From: Candidatus Hermodarchaeota archaeon
GTDB lineage: Archaea; Asgardarchaeota; Heimdallarchaeia; Hodarchaeales; Hodarchaeaceae
Length of the DNA: 32,000 nucleotides
Direction of reading: 5' to 3'
NCBI GenBank assembly: GCA_048886185.1
Contig: JBHLKY010000032.1
Span: 5,818-37,817 of the forward strand
The first letter of the stretch is position 1. Every line of letters starts with the position of its first letter. Made by a program: the position numbers and the translations under genes. A model generated the notes under the pieces. The model ran no database searches. It worked only from the letters and a program-made list of their open reading frames with translations, and was not told the origin of the DNA. Below, piece after piece: positions 26,404 through 32,000 of the stretch.

Positions 26404-26782
26404 AAAGAGGAATTTCAGTCTAACATATTAAATCAAAAACATAAGAACTCTTCATAATGAGTATCAGCAATATTAGCAACCATAAAAGAGATTGAAGAAA
26501 TAACTATTTTAGAAAACCTCAGTAAATTCTATAGTTGTGGTAAATATTCAATATTAATAATGTTCAAAATACTTAGAGTACTTAATTTGTTATTAAAAGA
26601 TAAAGATATAATATTCCTCATTATTCATTCCCTTTTACTCTTTTTTCAGTATTTTATTCTTCATTCTTAAGAGAAGTAAAACTCAATGCATAAATTATAA
26701 ATATTAGTCTGTACACATTGTGTTAAGTCTAACAATTTGTAGAACTTAAAATCTATTAAAATGGGAATAGGAAGGAATTTTC

Positions 26783-29083
26783 ATGAGAGAGATAAGATTA
26801 ATAAATATAATTTGTTTTATCACAGTAATAACTCTATTCTGCGGGGGAAATGTGTTTTCGATTCCAGTAAGAATCGATCAAGCTCTCATAAGTACAAAGT
26901 GGCCTACTACTTGGCGTCCTTATGGAGGATTTGTCGATGAAATAGAGTTTGTAGTTTTCACTGAAACAGAGATCCCCCTTGCTATGTTAGCACTTCAGAA
27001 TGGAGATATTGACGCATATGATGAACGGATATTAACTGATTACCTATCTGCACTTGTAAGGGACCAGAACATTGATGTAACTTTTACCCCTAGTGTACGA
27101 TATCGGTCGTTGACCTTAAATTGTGAGAAATTTCCACTTAACATCACTGCATTTCGTCGGGCTATGGCTTTTGGGTTTGACAAATACAGAGCCAATGTAG
27201 AGTGTATTGGAGGTGTTGGGATGCCTCAAGACAGCTATATTCCTTTGATCTCAACTGAATGGGAAGTAGAGAGTGCACTCCCAGAGCACTTCTATGAGGC
27301 AGATTTTGTCTCTGGTAATGCATCACTTGCGAAAGCTGGTTTTAGGGATTTAGATAACGATGGTTGGCGTGAATATGATGCTGACGGTTCAGGTACTTGG
27401 ACTTCTGGCGATTTGGACCATAATACATATGCTGATGGAGGTATCATGCAACTATTTGCTACTGCAGGGTATGATCCAGCGATTGCTGCATGTAATATCA
27501 TGATTGATGGATTAACAAATATGGGTATTATGGCTGAAACTGTTGAAATGGACTTCTTAGCAATCTTTGAAGAAATGTGGGCTGGAAGAGCCTGGGTTGC
27601 TTGCTGGACAGAAGGTGTGCCTTATGTCAATACAGTCAAATTACTTTATGACAACTTTGCCATTGGGGGACAATATAATATAGACCCCTACAATTATTAT
27701 CATTTTACTAATGGCACGATCTCTGCTATTCTTGAAGATATGGTTGCCACCAATGATATCAATGAAGTTAAGCAATATGCTCGTGAAGCAAGCTTACTCT
27801 TGGCCTTTGAACAACCACAAATAGTATGCTATAACGATGTCAATATCGGGGCTCATCGTAATGACAGATTTGATGGCTGGTTTGAATTTGCTGGTGCTGG
27901 GGTGTCAAGTGGTGACAATTGGGCCTGTGCAACCAAAGTACACCTTAAAGAATCCCTTGGTGGGCCATATGGTGGAACGTTCTACTATTGTTTATCTGAT
28001 AACATGGGAACCCTAAATCCCTATTTCCAAACAACAGGTTATGAAGCAACCGTCTTTCAATATATCTATGAACCCATTGTAAATGTTGATCCCCTAACGT
28101 GGGATTTTGAACCTGGATTAGCTTATGAGTGGGATATCGAAGATACTATTGCAGGAGAGGCTCCAGGGGTATTAGATGGTCAGAAGTACACGTATTATCT
28201 ATACGAAAATGAAACATGGCATGATGGGACTCCATTCACCGCACAAGACGTTAATATATCAATTATTCAATGGAAGGAGTCACCACGAAGCGGTCCAGAA
28301 ATGCAAGATATCTATAAGATCGAAATCCCTAATGATCATACCATAGTAATATACGTCAGCAAGGCTGGTTTCTTCGAGTTTGCTGATACTCAAGTACCTT
28401 ACGTCGTACCAGCCCATATCTATGGACTTGACCTAGTACATAATATTACCTCTTTTAATCCAACTATCGCTCAAACAATCGGAACTGGCCCTTATATGGC
28501 TGCAGCACGTGTCCCTGGTGAATATATCCGCCTCGAACGCCATGTGAATTGGCGTTGGGATATACGAGATGTACCCTCTCAAACTTCATACACTACAGAG
28601 TGTACACACTGTTTTACAACATCCACCACTGCGATATCTTGGCCTCCTGGCTGTGAACAGGACCCTCCTATAGTTTCTATAACTGGCATCGAATACTATG
28701 GTACCTATTCTGGCATAATAACAATCGATTTTTCCGTTACAGATGAAAGTCTGATCACCAAAGCAGAGGTAACAATTAAAGGAGGTGAGATTGAGGAGAC
28801 CGATACAATCCTTCTGAATCTCATATCTGGTAAATGGGTAGGATCATACAATATTGATACCACAGACTTTCCTAATGACATCTACCGAGTCACTATTCGT
28901 ATCTACGATGCATGTGACAATATACAAACAATTAGATATGATGTAACATTTAGTAATGATTTCACTGAAGAAAGTACTGGAACTGTAGAAATCCCATCTC
29001 TATCACCAGGATTCGATAATATTTCGGTCTTTTTAAGTCTTGGAGTCATAACAATAGTGATTTTACGACGACAAAGAAAATAA
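26783..29083 (+). CDS. ABC transporter substrate-binding protein family 5 (peptide/nickel type), circularly permuted, with Ig-like domain and PGF-CTERM-like anchor
   Basis: Signal peptide; FRRAMAFGFDK; LNPY...IYEPIV; TWHDGTPFTAQDV; IGTGPY; Thr-rich linker; tail SPGF + TM + RRQRK. Confidence 0.92.
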   Translation: MREIRLINIICFITVITLFCGGNVFSIPVRIDQALISTKWPTTWRPYGGFVDEIEFVVFTETEIPLAMLALQNGDIDAYDERILTDYLSALVRDQNIDVTFTPSVRYRSLTLNCEKFPLNITAFRRAMAFGFDKYRANVECIGGVGMPQDSYIPLISTEWEVESALPEHFYEADFVSGNASLAKAGFRDLDNDGWREYDADGSGTWTSGDLDHNTYADGGIMQLFATAGYDPAIAACNIMIDGLTNMGIMAETVEMDFLAIFEEMWAGRAWVACWTEGVPYVNTVKLLYDNFAIGGQYNIDPYNYYHFTNGTISAILEDMVATNDINEVKQYAREASLLLAFEQPQIVCYNDVNIGAHRNDRFDGWFEFAGAGVSSGDNWACATKVHLKESLGGPYGGTFYYCLSDNMGTLNPYFQTTGYEATVFQYIYEPIVNVDPLTWDFEPGLAYEWDIEDTIAGEAPGVLDGQKYTYYLYENETWHDGTPFTAQDVNISIIQWKESPRSGPEMQDIYKIEIPNDHTIVIYVSKAGFFEFADTQVPYVVPAHIYGLDLVHNITSFNPTIAQTIGTGPYMAAARVPGEYIRLERHVNWRWDIRDVPSQTSYTTECTHCFTTSTTAISWPPGCEQDPPIVSITGIEYYGTYSGIITIDFSVTDESLITKAEVTIKGGEIEETDTILLNLISGKWVGSYNIDTTDFPNDIYRVTIRIYDACDNIQTIRYDVTFSNDFTEESTGTVEIPSLSPGFDNISVFLSLGVITIVILRRQRK

Positions 29084-29111
29084 ATCATTTTCAAAAGATA
29101 TTCTTCTCCTC

Positions 29112-29137
29112 CACTTTTTTTCTTATTAAAAAAAGTG
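29112..29137. terminator. Bidirectional terminator-like hairpin between convergent genes
   Basis: CACTTTTTTT / AAAAAAAGTG perfect 10-bp stem, T7 tract on both strands, between stops at 29083 and 29166. Confidence 0.7.
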
Positions 29138-29165
29138 AATTTCGAAGATGGAGTTAAAGATAACT

Positions 29166-30326
29166 CTATTTTAGTTCCTCTAAAATTTCATCAATTAACA
29201 TCAATCCAGAGACTAGGTATTCTTTTTCTGATCCAATTCCGATTCGAATATAGTTATCCATTCCAAAACAATCTCCAGCAACAATAAAAGTACTTTTTTC
29301 CTGCCTTAATCTTGTTGTAAGTTCTGTTGAATTGATATTGGGGCTATACTTCAAAAAAGCTATTCCCCCTGCTTGAGGAGGGATGAAATACAATATATCT
29401 TTATGTTTTTTAACCCATTCAGTCAATATTATTAGATTATCTTGTAATATCTTACGAGTTCGCATTAAAACTTTCTTTCTTATTTCTGGCTGTAATACAA
29501 CTGTTGCTATCTGATTGCTTAAAATTCCTGTAGCAATTGATGTATAATCGTGATAACTCCACATTTTCTCAATTGTTTCTTTTGGTGCAATTAACCATCC
29601 AATTCTCAATCCTGGAAGTGCATATGCTTTAGATAACCCACAACTGACTATAACCTTATTCTGAAGACCCCAGAAGCTATCTGTTTCCTCACCAGCAAGC
29701 TCAGCACCACGATATATCTCATCAGAATAGATCCATATGTCGGATTTCTGCGTGAGACTTGAAATCTCTAGCATTATTTCTTCTTCCAATACAGCACCCG
29801 TAGGATTATTTGGATTACATACCACAATCATTTTTGTCTTGGGGGAAATCAAAGACTTAAGTTCTTCAACATCTGGTTGCCAGTTTAAGTCCTCTCGTAG
29901 ATGAAATGGTTTGACATGGACTCCAAAAGAACGAGCGACCCCCCAGATCTGCATGTAATTAGGTAACATAAAAAGTAATTCATCTTCTGGTTCTAAATTA
30001 CTCCAGATGCCTATAAAGTTTGCCTCAGATGAACCATTTGTTACTAGTATATTATCCAGATCCGCTCCCGAATATAAGCGACTTATGGATTTCCGAAGCT
30101 CAACAGATCCATTTGTTTGCCCATAACCAAGACGGGTGGAAAGTAAGGTTTGTATTTCGTCTTCTGTAAGAAGTTCGGAGAGAGTATAGGGATGAACACC
30201 ACTTTCAGTTAGGTTGTAGTTGACTCGATTCTCCCAAAGTGATTGTCTCCTCTCAAGTTCAAATGTTTCAATTTTCATTAATATTTCCTCTTTGATTATG
30301 AAAGAATTTTTGACCCATATAGACAA
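29166..30326 (-). CDS. PLP-dependent aminotransferase class I/II (paralog of 17248-18339)
   Basis: NPNNPTG, DEIY, SKAYALPGLRIGW, IRIGIG; probable true start is ATG at 30278 (MKIETF) with AGAGGA SD. Confidence 0.93.
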   Translation of the reverse strand: MSIWVKNSFIIKEEILMKIETFELERRQSLWENRVNYNLTESGVHPYTLSELLTEDEIQTLLSTRLGYGQTNGSVELRKSISRLYSGADLDNILVTNGSSEANFIGIWSNLEPEDELLFMLPNYMQIWGVARSFGVHVKPFHLREDLNWQPDVEELKSLISPKTKMIVVCNPNNPTGAVLEEEIMLEISSLTQKSDIWIYSDEIYRGAELAGEETDSFWGLQNKVIVSCGLSKAYALPGLRIGWLIAPKETIEKMWSYHDYTSIATGILSNQIATVVLQPEIRKKVLMRTRKILQDNLIILTEWVKKHKDILYFIPPQAGGIAFLKYSPNINSTELTTRLRQEKSTFIVAGDCFGMDNYIRIGIGSEKEYLVSGLMLIDEILEELK

Positions 30327-30393
30327 GCAATCCTTTTAAGATTTAATATTGAAAATATCCAATGAAATTATAATACCATCTAAACTAAAGTAG

Positions 30394-31242
30394 GTGGGGT
30401 CAATATCAGCAAAGAACAAATATAAACTAATATTTTTGGTAATTATTTCTTCAGTTATATTCTTCAACGCGACATCTTCTTATTCTAGGCCTATAATCAC
30501 TGCAAAACATCTGCAACTACCAGCTGGGAGCTCTGCTCCGAATTTTATCTTAACAGATATTATTTCAGGTGAGCAATTTTCTTTGTCAGAATTGGAGGGG
30601 AATGTTGTTATTCTTGACCTATTTGCTACTTGGTGTAGCTCATGTGTACAAGCTTTACCAAAAATAAGAGAGATTTATCAGGCTTATTCAAATGATGAAC
30701 TAACGATCATTTCAATTGATATTGAGCAAGATGAAGATGAACAACAGGTGAGAGACTTTATCAATGAACATAATATGGAGTGGTTTGTCGCATTTGATAA
30801 TAATAGCATTGTAAACAATAATTATGGATCAGGATTCATCCCAACACTCTATGTCATAGATCGGAACCAAAAAGTTGCTTATTCAGAAATAGGATTCGAT
30901 TATGAAGCAGTTATTGATGTACTGGATCAACTATCTCTGGAACCCACTAAACAACTACCAAATAATAGTCCTAATTTTGGAATGGTTCCTCTGATTTGGG
31001 TTGGGGGAATTGGATTTCTGGCCATTTTTGTCGTTGGGTTAATCTTGTACAGCCGCTACCAAGAGAAAAAACAGACTGAAATCTACAGAATGGGATCGTT
31101 TCATCATCAACAAGAGATAAGACCACCTACTACATTCCAAGACATAAATTTCGGTGAAATCTGCCCCACTTGTAATCACTTAATTCATGTAAAAGCCAAA
31201 TTTTGTACAAATTGTGGTTCGGATTTAAGAAAATACTTTTAG
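30394..31242 (+). CDS. TlpA/ResA-like thioredoxin-fold protein with C-terminal TM helix and zinc ribbon
   Basis: Signal/TM, APNF, ATWCSSC, IPTLYVID, TM (LIWVGGIGFLAIFVVGLILY), CPTC-x10-FCTNCG; GTG start. Confidence 0.9.
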   Translation: MGSISAKNKYKLIFLVIISSVIFFNATSSYSRPIITAKHLQLPAGSSAPNFILTDIISGEQFSLSELEGNVVILDLFATWCSSCVQALPKIREIYQAYSNDELTIISIDIEQDEDEQQVRDFINEHNMEWFVAFDNNSIVNNNYGSGFIPTLYVIDRNQKVAYSEIGFDYEAVIDVLDQLSLEPTKQLPNNSPNFGMVPLIWVGGIGFLAIFVVGLILYSRYQEKKQTEIYRMGSFHHQQEIRPPTTFQDINFGEICPTCNHLIHVKAKFCTNCGSDLRKYF

Positions 31243-31247
31243 AATAT

Positions 31248-32000
31248 TCAAATCCTCTTGCCAATATTTTTAGATTTTAATCCTTCAAATACAGCCTTTG
31301 AGATTTGAATGTCTTGTACTGCAACTCCAGTTAAATCAGCAATTGTAATTTCAGCATCAGATTTACGTTGACGGTTTTTATCTAATATCATATCACCAAG
31401 CTCCACTAAATTTTCTTTTGTAATTTTTCCATCTGTTATAGCATGGAAACATTCACCTCGGGAAGCTGCTTGAGAAATACTATCAACAATTACCCGATCA
31501 GCAATCTCTAGTATTCTAGTATCCAATTCTTGTTTTTCTGGCGTATCAGATCCCATGGCAGTGATGTGTGTTCCTTTTCGAACTTCCTCCACTTTTATAA
31601 GAGGTTTAGTTGATGGTGTACAAGTAACTATTAAATTACAGGTGCTAGTGATGTCCGTTGAATTCAAAGTTGTTTCAATGTTAAACACAGAATCTTCCAT
31701 GGCTTCTTGGTATTTATCTAATCCTGTTTGGGTTCTTCCCCATACTAATGCTTCTCGACAAGTTATAACAGATTCTAGGTACTCTAATTGCATTTTTCCT
31801 TGAATTCCATAACCATAAATGCCTATACGTTCTACTTTCTTAGGAACCATATATTTAGCTACTACCGCTCCTGCTGCTGCGGTTCGGACATTTGTTAAGT
31901 GCCCTTCATCAAGTAGAATACAAATTATTTCTCCAGTTTTTTGACTAAATAATAAATTAAGACCATTAATGGAAGGTAATCCAATTTTTGGATTATCATA
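31248..32000 (-). CDS. Ornithine cyclodeaminase / mu-crystallin / alanine dehydrogenase family protein, 5' end outside the window
   Basis: The frame stays open to the window edge (YDNPKIGLPSING...LTNVRTAAAGAV before the Met at 31850); GYGIQG, GTHITAMGSD, DLTGVAVQD. Confidence 0.93.
   Translation of the reverse strand, partial: YDNPKIGLPSINGLNLLFSQKTGEIICILLDEGHLTNVRTAAAGAVVAKYMVPKKVERIGIYGYGIQGKMQLEYLESVITCREALVWGRTQTGLDKYQEAMEDSVFNIETTLNSTDITSTCNLIVTCTPSTKPLIKVEEVRKGTHITAMGSDTPEKQELDTRILEIADRVIVDSISQAASRGECFHAITDGKITKENLVELGDMILDKNRQRKSDAEITIADLTGVAVQDIQISKAVFEGLKSKNIGKRI

Noticed and set aside
26461-26670. About 70-codon stop-free intergenic frame upstream of the solute-binding protein
   Set aside because: Low-complexity Ile/Leu/Phe/Lys composition typical of AT-rich noncoding DNA; no SD-linked start.
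2490-31803. Short alternative ORFs in the track (e.g. 2490-2771, 3153-3353, 3260-3502, 6763-6957, 6970-7191, 10929-11153, 12127-12366, 15498-15704, 17831-18025, 19255-19509, 21783-22088, 24194-24412, 27292-27501, 31555-31803)
   Set aside because: Shadow ORFs overlapping well-supported genes, with no recognisable motifs.

Overview
AT-rich, gene-dense prokaryotic window with about 29 CDS and no rRNA, tRNA, CRISPR array or transposase that I can support. Archaeal-type TATA boxes, a PGF-CTERM-like sorting tail, Ig-like repeats on surface proteins and many small Zn-finger proteins point to an archaeon, most plausibly Asgard/Heimdallarchaeia-like (inference; no marker gene is present). Content: DUF2284 protein; ABC-2 exporter with a divergent GbsR/MarR regulator; membrane protein; Zn-ribbon protein; two GNATs; GH1 beta-glucosidase; surface-anchored arylsulfotransferase; YkgJ-type Cys-cluster protein; a loose minus-strand run (class I/II aminotransferase, two left-handed beta-helix acyltransferases including an MTase-like/LpxD-like fusion, an atypical amidohydrolase, Fe-S-type CysH, acyl-CoA ligase); two PNPOx-like proteins; GH36 alpha-galactosidase; ICMT-family methyltransferase; alpha/beta hydrolase; dual-specificity phosphatase; a circularly permuted family 5 solute-binding protein; a second aminotransferase; a TlpA-TM-Zn-ribbon protein; and a truncated ornithine cyclodeaminase-family gene. 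Best leads: (1) a 39-aa Zn-ribbon ORF missing from the ORF track, coupled by an ATGA overlap to a stand-alone C1/PHD-like finger, amid genes for protein/lipid-modifying enzymes; (2) the LpxD-like acyltransferase fusion in an organism not expected to make lipid A; (3) the permuted solute-binding protein; (4) two unusual transmembrane fusions. All family assignments are from motif recognition, not database searches.
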